DNA of 55,562 nucleotides from a virus: IMG/VR virus record IMGVR_UViG_3300044712_000732, positions 445,776 to 501,337 of that record; one strand, 5' to 3'. Shown piece by piece: positions 8,252 to 18,117 of this stretch (position 1 is its first letter; each line of letters starts with the position of its first letter). The notes under the pieces were generated by a model. It saw only the letters and a program-made list of their open reading frames with translations, ran no database searches and was not told where the DNA came from. The position numbers and the translations under genes were made by a program.

Positions 8252-9412
8252 TTATTCAATTTTTTCTTTTGCATCAGCAAAGTTCAAATATATTTTTCTA
8301 TCATCACGAATTAAAGAAATAACTTTCACTTTAATTTCATCACCAATATTTAATTTCTTATTATATTTGTTGATATAACTAGTTTGAATTAACCCTGTTG
8401 TTTCTTCATCAAGTGAAATTAGAGCCCCAAAATTTTTAATATCCCTAATTTTACCACTTAAAATTTTATTGACTTTTATCGTATCCCACAATGATTCTTT
8501 AAGTATTTGTGTGAGAATAATTTTAAAATTTGGGAACTTACCTATTACTTCTTTAACATAAAAATCTATTGCCATACCCGGAACAATTTGATCCCATTTG
8601 TTTTGCCACCCTTCACTAATATTAGCTTTATGAACCATACCTGTCAAACATTTTGGACCATCTTCTGTTGAACCAAATTGTACAAATACACCAAATGGTG
8701 TTTTTCCCGTAACTTCACCAGTATAAACCGTTTCATATTTTAATTTTTTGATTTCTTCTGGTATCAATGTTAATAGATATTTTCTTCTACTAACAACATA
8801 AACCCCTTTTTCTTGTTGTAATGTTTCTAACATCACTTGAAATGTTAGACCAATAATAGATTCTGAATCTGATAATTTATTTACATCCGCTAATGTATTT
8901 GGCATAAAAGCTTCAATGGTGATATTATCCATATGAATATCCATCATATAACCCGCAGGTATTAAACTTTTCACTGTTGATGTTAATGCTAAATTATTTT
9001 CAAAATAATTTTTCATTTTAGAATGAACCTTCAATTTGATCAATTCTGTAACAGAACCTCTTATAATATAAGGATTGTTTGATACACATGTAATTAATAC
9101 ATCAATTTCATCCCCAATTTTTAATTCAGCTTCGAAAGTACCCTTTTTTGGTTTGTCCACATAGACATAATCTTTATAACCAATATTTATAGATATTTCT
9201 TTATTATTTATTTCAGCTATAGTACCAGTCACAACGTCATTCACTTTTAACTTTTTTAACTTAGTTAAAGAACTTTCCATCTTTTGATACATGTCTAAGT
9301 ACTCACTAGTGATATCTTTATCACTTTTAATCTTTAAGATTTTGTTGTTGTTTAAAAATGGAAATGGATCAGGTAAACTACCAATGTTTTTTCCTTCAAC
9401 GAACTCTACCAT
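8252..9412 (-). CDS. S1 RNA-binding domain protein (multiple S1/OB repeats, ribosomal protein S1-like)
   Basis: 386 aa with repeated ~70-aa units showing the S1 hallmarks (GxV.G.V..I...GAFV....G..GL.H.S). Examples: VVTGTIAEINNKEISINIGYK, TGEVTGKTPFGVFVQFG, LSGKIRDIKNFGALISLDEETTGLI. Confidence 0.6.
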   Translation of the reverse strand: MVEFVEGKNIGSLPDPFPFLNNNKILKIKSDKDITSEYLDMYQKMESSLTKLKKLKVNDVVTGTIAEINNKEISINIGYKDYVYVDKPKKGTFEAELKIGDEIDVLITCVSNNPYIIRGSVTELIKLKVHSKMKNYFENNLALTSTVKSLIPAGYMMDIHMDNITIEAFMPNTLADVNKLSDSESIIGLTFQVMLETLQQEKGVYVVSRRKYLLTLIPEEIKKLKYETVYTGEVTGKTPFGVFVQFGSTEDGPKCLTGMVHKANISEGWQNKWDQIVPGMAIDFYVKEVIGKFPNFKIILTQILKESLWDTIKVNKILSGKIRDIKNFGALISLDEETTGLIQTSYINKYNKKLNIGDEIKVKVISLIRDDRKIYLNFADAKEKIE

Positions 9413-9498
9413 AATAATAATTTTTAGTTTAACATTATTTATATTTACAAAGAAAATATTTTCTTATGTTGAATTATATGTTAAATAAAAATTAAAGT

Positions 9499-10227
9499 TT
9501 AAATTAAATTATATTTTTCTGATTTTTTTAAAAATTGATATTCTTTATAAATTTTTGGGAAATTATCAATTATGTTTTTTTGATTTTCATCATTTAAATA
9601 ATCAAAAAAATAATAGTTTGAAATATCAATTTTGTTTTTATTTTTTAGTAAAAGATTAATAATTTCCAAATTATTTTGAAATGCGGCAAAAACCAATGCT
9701 GTATCACCATCATAATTTTTAATATTTAAATCTGCACCAGCATTTATTAATTCTTCAACAAATTCTAATTCACCTTCATTTGCACTATAAATTAATTTAG
9801 TATTTCCATCATCATCTTGCACATTCACATTTATTCCTCCCTTTATTAATACTTTTAATATATCTATATTATTACACCAATGTAATGCAGTATAATCATG
9901 ATTATCTTGAATATTTAAATCTGCACCAGCATTTATTAATTCAATGATAGTTTTCAATTCACCGTTTAATGTTGCTAACATTAATGCAGTTTTTCCCATT
10001 TTATCTTGAATGTTTAAATCTACTCCAGCATTTATTAATTCTTTTATAATATCTAATCTACCATAATATGCTGAAATTGATAATATAGATTTTCCTTCAG
10101 AATCTTGATAATTCAAATCCGATTTTGAAGATATTTTTATTAATTTTGTGATATAATTAATATTAATATCTTTATTTTTAATTATAGCATTAAATGCTTT
10201 ATTTTCAAATAATTTCAAATATTTCAT
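9499..10227 (-). CDS. ankyrin-repeat protein (about 5 ANK repeats) with MKYLKLFE N-terminus and ...SEKYNLI C-terminus
   Basis: Repeated G-TALH/-A...G....V..LI.AGADLN units (GKTALMLATLNGELKTIIELINAGADLNIQDNHDYTALHW...). It carries the family termini. Confidence 0.8.
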   Translation of the reverse strand: MKYLKLFENKAFNAIIKNKDININYITKLIKISSKSDLNYQDSEGKSILSISAYYGRLDIIKELINAGVDLNIQDKMGKTALMLATLNGELKTIIELINAGADLNIQDNHDYTALHWCNNIDILKVLIKGGINVNVQDDDGNTKLIYSANEGELEFVEELINAGADLNIKNYDGDTALVFAAFQNNLEIINLLLKNKNKIDISNYYFFDYLNDENQKNIIDNFPKIYKEYQFLKKSEKYNLI

Positions 10228-10871
10228 AATTCATAATCGTTTTGTGGTCTTTTCATTGGTAGTATATCATTCGAATGATCCCAAGTTTGTGAATAAAAGA
10301 TATTATCTTTTTTGAATGCTTCACTTTGACTTAATTCCCAAAAGATATCCATAAAATTATATTTAAATGTTACAGAAAATGTTTGTTCTGAAACATCCAT
10401 AGATTGATACATCATTCTAACTTCTGATAATGATTTAAGTAATGGTGCTCTAAAATTTACAGCATATAAAAAATCACCGTCTTTATCTAACATGTATAAT
10501 TGTATCCACGGTAAATAATATTTTCTAGTATTGTTCCAATATTCAGCAAAAATTTGTTGCATCATAAAATAATTTGAATGACTATCAACACTTCTTAATG
10601 TTATATCCAATGTATTTGTATATGTATCATAAATATTTGTTGCTGCTTTAAATTCAAGTTTTTTGCCAAATTTACCTATTTGTTCTGATCCTTCATAGGT
10701 AATACTTGGAAAAACAATTTCTTTAATTGTAGAATTTATATATGCCATTGGATCAGTATATGGTATCCAATTTTTATCCATATATAATTTTAATCTTTCA
10801 TTAATTTCTGGTGCTACAAAATCACTTGGAAATTGAAATAAAAATTGACAACTTTGTGAACTTATTCTCAT
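10224..10871 (-). CDS. hypothetical protein (215 aa)
   Basis: ORF track; 4-nt overlap with the ankyrin gene (operonic). Confidence 0.55.
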   Translation of the reverse strand: MRISSQSCQFLFQFPSDFVAPEINERLKLYMDKNWIPYTDPMAYINSTIKEIVFPSITYEGSEQIGKFGKKLEFKAATNIYDTYTNTLDITLRSVDSHSNYFMMQQIFAEYWNNTRKYYLPWIQLYMLDKDGDFLYAVNFRAPLLKSLSEVRMMYQSMDVSEQTFSVTFKYNFMDIFWELSQSEAFKKDNIFYSQTWDHSNDILPMKRPQNDYEL

Positions 10872-10873
10872 TA

Positions 10874-11266
10874 TTAATTATTATTTTTTATTTTATAAAA
10901 ATTCTTACTAATATTTAGTTCATCGGGTTCTTCAAAACCAAGAACATTTTTAATATAATTAGCAAACCTATCAGTCAATACAGATTCAATATAAATATTT
11001 TTATCTGGGTATGTTTCTTCAAACTTTTTAAGTATTTGTGAAAATAATCCAGTTCCGGTTTCAGTAGCATCAATGCTTGCAAAATCAAAAAAATCATACA
11101 TTTGCCCTTTAAATGATCGTTTAGATTTTCTAATATATATTGATATTGCGTCATTACCTATCCATTTTCTATTATTATTAGATTTTAAAAATGTTGCAAT
11201 TTGATATAATATATCATCAACGTCAGATTCATTAAATTTAGTTTCAAATGTTTTTAAATGTCTCAC
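10874..11266 (-). CDS. hypothetical protein (130 aa), N-terminus MRHLKTFETKF (family-like)
   Basis: ORF track; 2-nt spacer to the next gene. Confidence 0.5.
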   Translation of the reverse strand: MRHLKTFETKFNESDVDDILYQIATFLKSNNNRKWIGNDAISIYIRKSKRSFKGQMYDFFDFASIDATETGTGLFSQILKKFEETYPDKNIYIESVLTDRFANYIKNVLGFEEPDELNISKNFYKIKNNN

Positions 11267-11281
11267 TAATTAATTTTATTT

Positions 11282-11542
11282 TTAATATGACCAAAGATTT
11301 TCATTAATCATATTTCTATATGTTGTACTATCATAACCATATCTTTTTAATGGTAATACATCCAATTTATCAATATTTGGATTATTTAACAATTCTCTAT
11401 ATTCAGCTTCAGATATTTCTGACGCTACTATAATATTATCTTTTATGAAAATAATTGTACCCCCACTCAAAATTATTTCTTCTTTTATTTCGTTGGTATA
11501 TGTTGTATTTGTAAAAATTGAACTTTGTGTTGATGTTGCCAT
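11282..11542 (-). CDS. hypothetical protein (86 aa), paralogous to the N-terminal domain of 11558..12712
   Basis: SGGTIIFIKDNIIVASEISEAEYRELLNN...LPLKRYGYD aligns with QNGGTVLYSYNNIIIASEISESYFIELQKN...LPLKKYGEI of the next gene. Confidence 0.5.
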   Translation of the reverse strand: MATSTQSSIFTNTTYTNEIKEEIILSGGTIIFIKDNIIVASEISEAEYRELLNNPNIDKLDVLPLKRYGYDSTTYRNMINENLWSY

Positions 11543-11557
11543 TTTTTATTATTTATT

Positions 11558-12712
11558 TTATATTTGATAAATTGTTATTTTTAAATCTTTTAACGATACA
11601 CCAAATGGATTTGTTGCCTTTATTTTCAGATTAGTTACACCAGCATAAATTGGAATACCCGATATCGTATCAATATTAAATATCAAACCTTCGGGTAATA
11701 TACCTAATATATTATAAGTTGTGCCACTAGGGGTAACAATATAAGTAAACCCTGAATATTGTTCACAATAAACTTCACCCAAACTAGTAATTATTGGTGG
11801 GACACCAACATTAACTGTTAATTGTTTTGAATCAGATGTTGTTATACCCGAAACAATCAATGTCATATTATATGTGCCACTCGATGTAAACACACCAGTT
11901 ATAATATTATCTGTTAAAATTAATTCGCTAGGTAAATTTAATACTGAATATGTTTTTGGTGAATCACCCGTCGAATCAATTTGATATGTAAATGGTGTTC
12001 CTATTTTATTATAAACATTAAATTCATTATTTATAATTTCAACTTTTTCATAAACATTCAACACCAATTTCTTCTGATCATATCCATAATTATTTGTAAC
12101 TTTAATTATAATATCATATACACCCGATTTATTAGTATTCCCACTTAATATATTGTTATATAATAAAATATCGTTATTATTAGTATTAAATTCATATTTA
12201 AATGGTAATGTTCCATTTGCTAATATTGGATAAGTAAACCATTCATTTATTAACACATTCATTGTTAATCCAGTGTTTGTAATTATTGGTGATATTCCTG
12301 ATGCACTAGAACTAATTGTATTATTTGCAACATTTTGTAAAATATCCTTTTTTGATTTTCCTGATACACCATCTGTTTTTTTATTATCATCAGTGTTTGT
12401 TGATATTGTAGAATTTATTATTTCGGTATTAGATGTCATTTTAGATACATCAGATTGATCAATAAGTGCATAATTAATTTCACCATATTTTTTTAATGGC
12501 AAATCTTCAATATATTCAATATATGAATTTTTTTGTAATTCTATAAAATATGATTCACTTATTTCTGATGCTATAATGATATTATTATATGAATATAAAA
12601 CTGTACCACCATTTTGTAAAATATTATTCTCTATTTGTGAATTATATCTTAAAACGGATTCGGTTGTGTTTAATATTGTAAGTAGTTCATCTACATTCGT
12701 TATTCCTGTCAT
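11558..12712 (-). CDS. putative surface/structural protein with He_PIG-type putative Ig domains
   Basis: Repeated LP.GL.....TG.ISG.P...G motifs (NLPSELILTDNIITGVFTSSGTYNMTL; LPEGLIFNIDTISGIPIYAGVTNLKIKATN) are typical of the 'putative Ig' (He_PIG) domain. It is Asn/Thr/Ser-rich. Confidence 0.5.
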   Translation of the reverse strand: MTGITNVDELLTILNTTESVLRYNSQIENNILQNGGTVLYSYNNIIIASEISESYFIELQKNSYIEYIEDLPLKKYGEINYALIDQSDVSKMTSNTEIINSTISTNTDDNKKTDGVSGKSKKDILQNVANNTISSSASGISPIITNTGLTMNVLINEWFTYPILANGTLPFKYEFNTNNNDILLYNNILSGNTNKSGVYDIIIKVTNNYGYDQKKLVLNVYEKVEIINNEFNVYNKIGTPFTYQIDSTGDSPKTYSVLNLPSELILTDNIITGVFTSSGTYNMTLIVSGITTSDSKQLTVNVGVPPIITSLGEVYCEQYSGFTYIVTPSGTTYNILGILPEGLIFNIDTISGIPIYAGVTNLKIKATNPFGVSLKDLKITIYQI

Positions 12713-12713
12713 A

Positions 12714-14513
12714 TCAATTTGCTGTGTTTTTATATTTAGTATAAATTATCACCGTTCTACCAGCTTTAGGCCATTCTGATTCGGTCGATTGTGTTACAGT
12801 AGTCGATTGTGATGTTGGTGATTCAACTGTTGCAGTTTCAGTAACGGATGTTGTTGAATTGTTCACAAAAGTAATATCTTCATAAAATGAAAATGTACCA
12901 GAATATAATAATGTTTTTACTTTATTTGACACAATAGTTAAATAAAAATTAGTGTATCCTTTTGAATATATTTTTTTTAACGTGGCTAAATCATTTTCTA
13001 CAATTTTAAAATTTATAATACCATTTTTATAATCATTATCAGTTTCTTTGTATATTGATTTATCTATTGATTCTGTATCAGATTTAAATGTTAAAATTAT
13101 TTCAGCATTATTTAATATTGTTGATAAATCGTATTTTTCAAATGCATTTGCTGAACCCGAACTAGTTGATGGTATTTGTGCTAACCTAAATTGTATAATA
13201 TTATCAAATGGTGTAATTATGATATTCAATAATCCCATACCTTTATAATCAGTTGTAGATGTTGGACTATTGACAATTATTTTACCAACTTCGATTAATT
13301 GTGGTGAATTAACTTTAATTATTTCAGATGTCAAATTACCTGAAAAATAATCTTTACCTAGAACAATTTCATCAGGTTTAGCATTATAAATTTTAAGTTT
13401 ATTCAAATTTTGAACATTTAAACTTATTAATTTTTTCCCATATTTTTGAACATTACCATCCAATCCAATTGTTGAAAATCTTGATATTGTACTCATATCA
13501 ACTAAATCAATAACACGCATTTCAACTTTAATTGCTGCTGTTGTATTTGTAAATGTTAAAATTGGTCGATATAATATTTTTTTTGTAAAATCATCTGTGA
13601 CAGTAACAGTTTGCATGTTTGTTTGAATATTTTCTTCATATAAATAAATATCATATTCTATTCTTATACTACGACCTTTATTTTCCATTTCCCTAATAAA
13701 ATTGTCTAAATTTTCATTATAACCACCATATGTACCAACAATTTCAAAAAAATCACCTTCTGTTGATTCTTGAATATTGACCGCTAATGTATTAAATTCT
13801 GGTGCTTTTGGGAAGGATGTCCTATATGATTCAGATGCATAATAATAAGTCGTACCCAATGTTGTTTCTTTGGAATTTAAATATTGAAAATCAATAAATA
13901 TCGGTGCGGTTTGACTCAACCCTTCACCTAAAGTCAAATTATCATTTATACTATTATCAATTACCGTATTTCCAGTATAAGAAATTATCCTTTGATTGGA
14001 TAAATAATCCACAGATGGAATTTGAAATTCATAATATTTACCCCAATTTTGTTCATCATATATAAAAGGTATTGCTAAATTTGTTAATCCCGAATTTGAT
14101 GATGATGTTGCATCAAAGAAAATGTTTGATAATTCATAAATAACTTTATTATAATAACCATATGCAAATATTTTTAAATATATTCCAATATATCCATCAT
14201 AAACAAAATTATAAGATGTAGGTAAATATAATCTTACTGTATCATATTGTACTGGTGCTGAACTATAATCTTGTTCTTGTAAAAAATTATATTGTGCAGG
14301 ATTTATTACTGTATATTTTTTTAATACAGAATCTAATTGAAATAAATTATTATTTTTACTATTTAAATTTGTTGTTGATAAGAAATTTCGTTTTTTATTC
14401 TCATTTAAATTTGTTATAACTTTATAATTTTCAGTTACATATTCTTCGTTATCAAATATCCATTCCATTAGGACATTTGGATTCAATTTAATAAACTTTG
14501 ATTGTTTTGCCAT
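12714..14513 (-). CDS. hypothetical large protein (599 aa), Asn/Tyr/Thr-rich, likely structural or surface
   Basis: Long ORF, first gene of a tightly packed minus-strand block 14513 to 9499; no recognised catalytic motif. Confidence 0.6.
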   Translation of the reverse strand: MAKQSKFIKLNPNVLMEWIFDNEEYVTENYKVITNLNENKKRNFLSTTNLNSKNNNLFQLDSVLKKYTVINPAQYNFLQEQDYSSAPVQYDTVRLYLPTSYNFVYDGYIGIYLKIFAYGYYNKVIYELSNIFFDATSSSNSGLTNLAIPFIYDEQNWGKYYEFQIPSVDYLSNQRIISYTGNTVIDNSINDNLTLGEGLSQTAPIFIDFQYLNSKETTLGTTYYYASESYRTSFPKAPEFNTLAVNIQESTEGDFFEIVGTYGGYNENLDNFIREMENKGRSIRIEYDIYLYEENIQTNMQTVTVTDDFTKKILYRPILTFTNTTAAIKVEMRVIDLVDMSTISRFSTIGLDGNVQKYGKKLISLNVQNLNKLKIYNAKPDEIVLGKDYFSGNLTSEIIKVNSPQLIEVGKIIVNSPTSTTDYKGMGLLNIIITPFDNIIQFRLAQIPSTSSGSANAFEKYDLSTILNNAEIILTFKSDTESIDKSIYKETDNDYKNGIINFKIVENDLATLKKIYSKGYTNFYLTIVSNKVKTLLYSGTFSFYEDITFVNNSTTSVTETATVESPTSQSTTVTQSTESEWPKAGRTVIIYTKYKNTAN

Positions 14514-14687
14514 GAAAAATATTTGTTTTTTCGTATATATAAAAATAAACTTTATCTATTTACTTTTATAAATATTAAAAATAAAAGTAAATCCCTATGA
14601 ATAATGAAAACACGACTTATTCTGGTAATATTCCTGAATTTAATTCAATTGATACTACTGCTGTAAATAAAAAAATAATAATATGTT

Positions 14688-15269
14688 ATGAAATTAATTA
14701 AACCAAATGATGATGTTATTGAAAACAAAACATCATATCAATATGATAGCGTAATTAAAATTTGTCAAGAAATTTTTGAAAAGAAAATGAAAGATTATGG
14801 TATCGCCTGGAGAATACTTAGACCAACTTCGATGACAGATCAAATATACATTAAAGCTAGACGAATTAGAAGCATTGAAGAGGTGGGGGTTCAACTAGTA
14901 AACGATGTAAATGATGATATCAAATCAGAATTCGTTGGCATTATAAACTATTGTGTAATGGCGTTAATTAATCTTGAATTGGGTACTTCTGAAAAAGAAG
15001 ATTTGACATATGAAGAAACATTATCAAATTATTTAGATAAATTAAAAATTTCTAAAGATTTAATGATCAAAAAAAATCATGATTATGGTGAAGCTTGGCG
15101 AAATATGCGAATTAGTTCATATACAGATTTAATTTTAATGAAAATAAATAGAACAAAACAAATTGAAGATAACTCCGGAAAAACTTTAATATCAGAAGGT
15201 GTCGATGCGAATTATTTAGATATGATTAATTATTCAATATTTGCACTAATCAAATTTAATTTTGAATAA
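14688..15269 (+). CDS. hypothetical protein with an internal tandem duplication (193 aa)
   Basis: Two ~90-aa halves align (MKDYGIAWRILRPTSMTDQIYIKARRIRSIEE vs NHDYGEAWRNMRISSYTDLILMKINRTKQIED). It is followed by a terminator. Confidence 0.55.
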   Translation: MKLIKPNDDVIENKTSYQYDSVIKICQEIFEKKMKDYGIAWRILRPTSMTDQIYIKARRIRSIEEVGVQLVNDVNDDIKSEFVGIINYCVMALINLELGTSEKEDLTYEETLSNYLDKLKISKDLMIKKNHDYGEAWRNMRISSYTDLILMKINRTKQIEDNSGKTLISEGVDANYLDMINYSIFALIKFNFE

Positions 15270-15301
15270 TAAAAAAAGTCCAGAAATCTGGACTTTTTTT
15301 A
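15270..15301. terminator. bidirectional intrinsic terminator (AAAAAAA-GTCCAGA-aa-TCTGGAC-TTTTTTTATTT)
   Basis: 7-bp perfect inverted repeat flanked by A/T runs, between convergent 14688..15269(+) and 15341..17854(-). Confidence 0.75.
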
Positions 15302-15340
15302 TTTGCTTTTTTGGCTTTGCAGCAATATATTCTGAATAAT

Positions 15341-17854
15341 TTAATTCAATTCTAAAGCTTCTTTTTTATCTTTCTTAACGATTTTAATTTCTGATTTTTT
15401 ATCATCATATTTTAAAGTTATTTTATCACCAACTTTAATTTCATCATTAATAATAGCATCAGTTATACGATTTTCAATATGTTTTTGAATTGCCCGTTTA
15501 AGTGGTCTTGCGCCATATACTTCATCATAACTTGTTTCAAAAATATAATCTTTAAGTGTTTTATCAATTTTAACAAAATATCCAACATTCTGCAATCTTT
15601 CTATTGTTGTTTTTAATTCAACATCAACAATTGTTCCGATATTTTCTTTAGTTAAAGAATTAAACATTATTATATCATCAATACGATTTAAAAATTCTGG
15701 TGAAAATATTTTCTTCAATTCTTTATTTATAATACTATTTTTGTCATTTTGGGCATTTTCGAGCTGTTGTTTAGTGTTGAATCCTATACCAACACCAAAC
15801 TCACTTACCTTCTTTGATCCTGCGTTAGATGTCATAATAATAATGGTATTTTTAAAATCAACTCTACGTCCATAACTATCGGTTAATACACCATCATCTA
15901 ATAACTGTAATAAAATATTTTGAACATCTTTGTGGGCTTTTTCAATTTCATCAAGAAGAATAATTGAATATGGTTTACGTCTTATGGCTTCAGTTAATTC
16001 ACCACCATCTTCATAACCAACATATCCCGGAGGCGCACCAACCAAACGTGAAATAGTATGTTTTTCCATATATTCACTCATATCAATTCTAATCATTGCT
16101 GATTCCGAACCAAATAATTCTTTTGCCATCATTTTAGCAAGATACGTTTTGCCAACACCTGTTGGACCAAGAAAAATATATGAACCAATAGGTTTAGATG
16201 GATCCTTAATTCCTATTCTAGCACGTTTGATTGCTGTAACCAAATTATCCACTGCATCATCTTGACCAATAACAATATTTTTGATTTTATTTGACATTGA
16301 TTTAAGTTTATCATTTTCATCAACAGATATATTATCAATTGGAATTCCTGTCATCAATGCCACAACTTTAGCAATATCATTTTTAGTTACACTATCACGA
16401 TTTGTATTTTCTTTTTTAGAAGTTTCCCATGTTTGATTTTCTTTTTTCAATTCGAGTTCTAATGCTTTTTCAACGTCTCGTTTTTCTGCTGCTAATTCAA
16501 AATTTTGTTTAGCAACATGTTGTAACTTTTCTAATGTAATTTTCCTAATTTTATCTTCTAATTCTAAGATAATTTTCGGTGTTTCAATTGAACTATTATT
16601 ATGTACTGTTGCTCCAGCTTCATCTAATGCATCAATAGCTTTATCTGGAAGACATTTTTCAGATATATATTTATCGGTTAAATTAACACATGCTTCAATG
16701 GCATCTTGGGTATATCTAACATTAAAAAAATCTTCATATCGCTCTTTTAGATTATTCAAAATTTCTAATGTTTCAATTTTATTTGTTGGTTCAATTACAA
16801 CCTTTTGAAACCGTCTTTCTAGTGCAGCATCCTTTTCAATATATTTACGATATTCTTCTAATGTTGTAGCACCAATACAACGGAAAGCACCACGTGCTAA
16901 TGCGGGTTTTAACATATTTGCAGCATCAAGTGACCCTGATGCCGAACCAGCACCAATAATAGTATGCATCTCATCTATAAATAAAATGATACTTCTATCT
17001 TCTTCCATTTCTTTTATGATGCCCTTTAATCGTTGTTCAAATTCACCCCGGTATTTAGTTCCAGCAACTAATGAACCCACATCAAGAGTAATAACTTTTT
17101 TGTGTTTCAAATTTTCGGGAACTTTTCCTTCAACAATAAGTTGAGCAATTCCTTCAACAATGGCAGATTTACCAACACCAGGTTCACCAATTAGAACAGG
17201 ATTATTTTTCTTTCTTCGAGATAAAATCGTACATATTCGTTTTATTTCGTTTTTTCTACCAACAACTGGGTCTAATTCACCCTTTTTTGCAGCTTGTGTT
17301 AAATCTACTCCAAATTGAGCTATTAAACTTCTACTTTGATTTTTGTTTCCACTTTTTGGTTCTTGATTTTCCATATAAATATCTTCATTTTCATCATCTG
17401 CATCTATATCATCTTCTTTATCTCTTAACCTTGATTTTAAATTTACCAAAATATTTGGTGTTTTTGCAAACAATTTTGTCACTTGATTATTTGTATTTTC
17501 TAGTATGCAAAGAAAAACGTGTTCTTCCAACACTTCATCCAACCCATCCTTTTTTGCGAGAACTTCAGCATTTTTTAGTATTTTTTCAGTTTCAATATCA
17601 AGTGGTATAACAGTCTTTTCATCATTTTCGTGAAATCCTAAACTACGTTGTAAATCTACTGAAAAATCACGAAGTGTTTGTTTTACTGCTTTGATATGTA
17701 ATTTTTCTTCATATAAAATTTTATATGATTCTGAATTTTTATCATCAATCATAGCCAAAAATAAATGTTCTGGTCTAATTGTATTAGAAAAAACTTCTAA
17801 TGCGAAAATCCTACTGTTTTTTATTGCAATTTCTACTTCTTTAGAATAATTCAT
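15341..17854 (-). CDS. clpC: Clp ATP-binding unfoldase, ClpA/ClpC family (two AAA+ modules, N-domain, short middle coiled coil, ClpP-docking IGF loop)
   Basis: N-terminal Clp_N repeats. Two Walker A boxes (GEPGVGKSAI; GPTGVGKTYLAK) and two Walker B boxes (ILFIDEMH; IILLDEIEKAH). A ~50-aa charged coiled linker separates D1 and D2 (ClpC-like M-domain). The GIGF loop near the C-terminus is the ClpP-binding tripeptide. Confidence 0.85.
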   Translation of the reverse strand: MNYSKEVEIAIKNSRIFALEVFSNTIRPEHLFLAMIDDKNSESYKILYEEKLHIKAVKQTLRDFSVDLQRSLGFHENDEKTVIPLDIETEKILKNAEVLAKKDGLDEVLEEHVFLCILENTNNQVTKLFAKTPNILVNLKSRLRDKEDDIDADDENEDIYMENQEPKSGNKNQSRSLIAQFGVDLTQAAKKGELDPVVGRKNEIKRICTILSRRKKNNPVLIGEPGVGKSAIVEGIAQLIVEGKVPENLKHKKVITLDVGSLVAGTKYRGEFEQRLKGIIKEMEEDRSIILFIDEMHTIIGAGSASGSLDAANMLKPALARGAFRCIGATTLEEYRKYIEKDAALERRFQKVVIEPTNKIETLEILNNLKERYEDFFNVRYTQDAIEACVNLTDKYISEKCLPDKAIDALDEAGATVHNNSSIETPKIILELEDKIRKITLEKLQHVAKQNFELAAEKRDVEKALELELKKENQTWETSKKENTNRDSVTKNDIAKVVALMTGIPIDNISVDENDKLKSMSNKIKNIVIGQDDAVDNLVTAIKRARIGIKDPSKPIGSYIFLGPTGVGKTYLAKMMAKELFGSESAMIRIDMSEYMEKHTISRLVGAPPGYVGYEDGGELTEAIRRKPYSIILLDEIEKAHKDVQNILLQLLDDGVLTDSYGRRVDFKNTIIIMTSNAGSKKVSEFGVGIGFNTKQQLENAQNDKNSIINKELKKIFSPEFLNRIDDIIMFNSLTKENIGTIVDVELKTTIERLQNVGYFVKIDKTLKDYIFETSYDEVYGARPLKRAIQKHIENRITDAIINDEIKVGDKITLKYDDKKSEIKIVKKDKKEALELN

Positions 17855-18117
17855 TTGATTTTATTTAAATTTATTGAATATATATTTATTAATCTTAATA
17901 AGTTTTTCCCATTTTCATCAATGATCATACCAATTATTAAAAATGGTAAAAAAATTATAGCATAAGTCCACATACATAAATTTAAATAAATAATTAATAC
18001 TTTCATTATTGGAATGTATCGTTCTTTACATATGTTAATATTGCTATTATTGTCGATTATATATTTAGTGTAAATATATAATAAATACTTTGCTATAAAT
18101 CTTTTCATACTATTCAA
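17851..18117 (-). CDS. small hydrophobic (membrane) protein, 88 aa
   Basis: ORF track. It contains a long hydrophobic segment (WTYAIIFLPFLIIGMII) and overlaps both clpS (8 nt) and clpC (4 nt). Confidence 0.45.
   Translation of the reverse strand: MNSMKRFIAKYLLYIYTKYIIDNNSNINICKERYIPIMKVLIIYLNLCMWTYAIIFLPFLIIGMIIDENGKNLLRLINIYSINLNKIK

Noticed and set aside
12273-13248. Short ORFs antisense to or inside large minus-strand genes. Examples are 12273..12458, 12576..12779 and 13048..13248. The same applies to 6633..6818, 7262..7447, 7574..7756, 9291..9488, 17287..17610, 19699..20930, 21109..21402, 22477..22758, 26877..28074, 29933..31318, 33532..33848, 34063..34914, 35950..36156, 48305..48535, 49458..49685 and 50585..51004.
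   Set aside because: All are fully nested in longer, motif-supported ORFs on the opposite strand or another frame. AT-rich DNA has few stop codons in antisense frames, and their compositions are low-complexity (Phe/Ile/Leu-rich).
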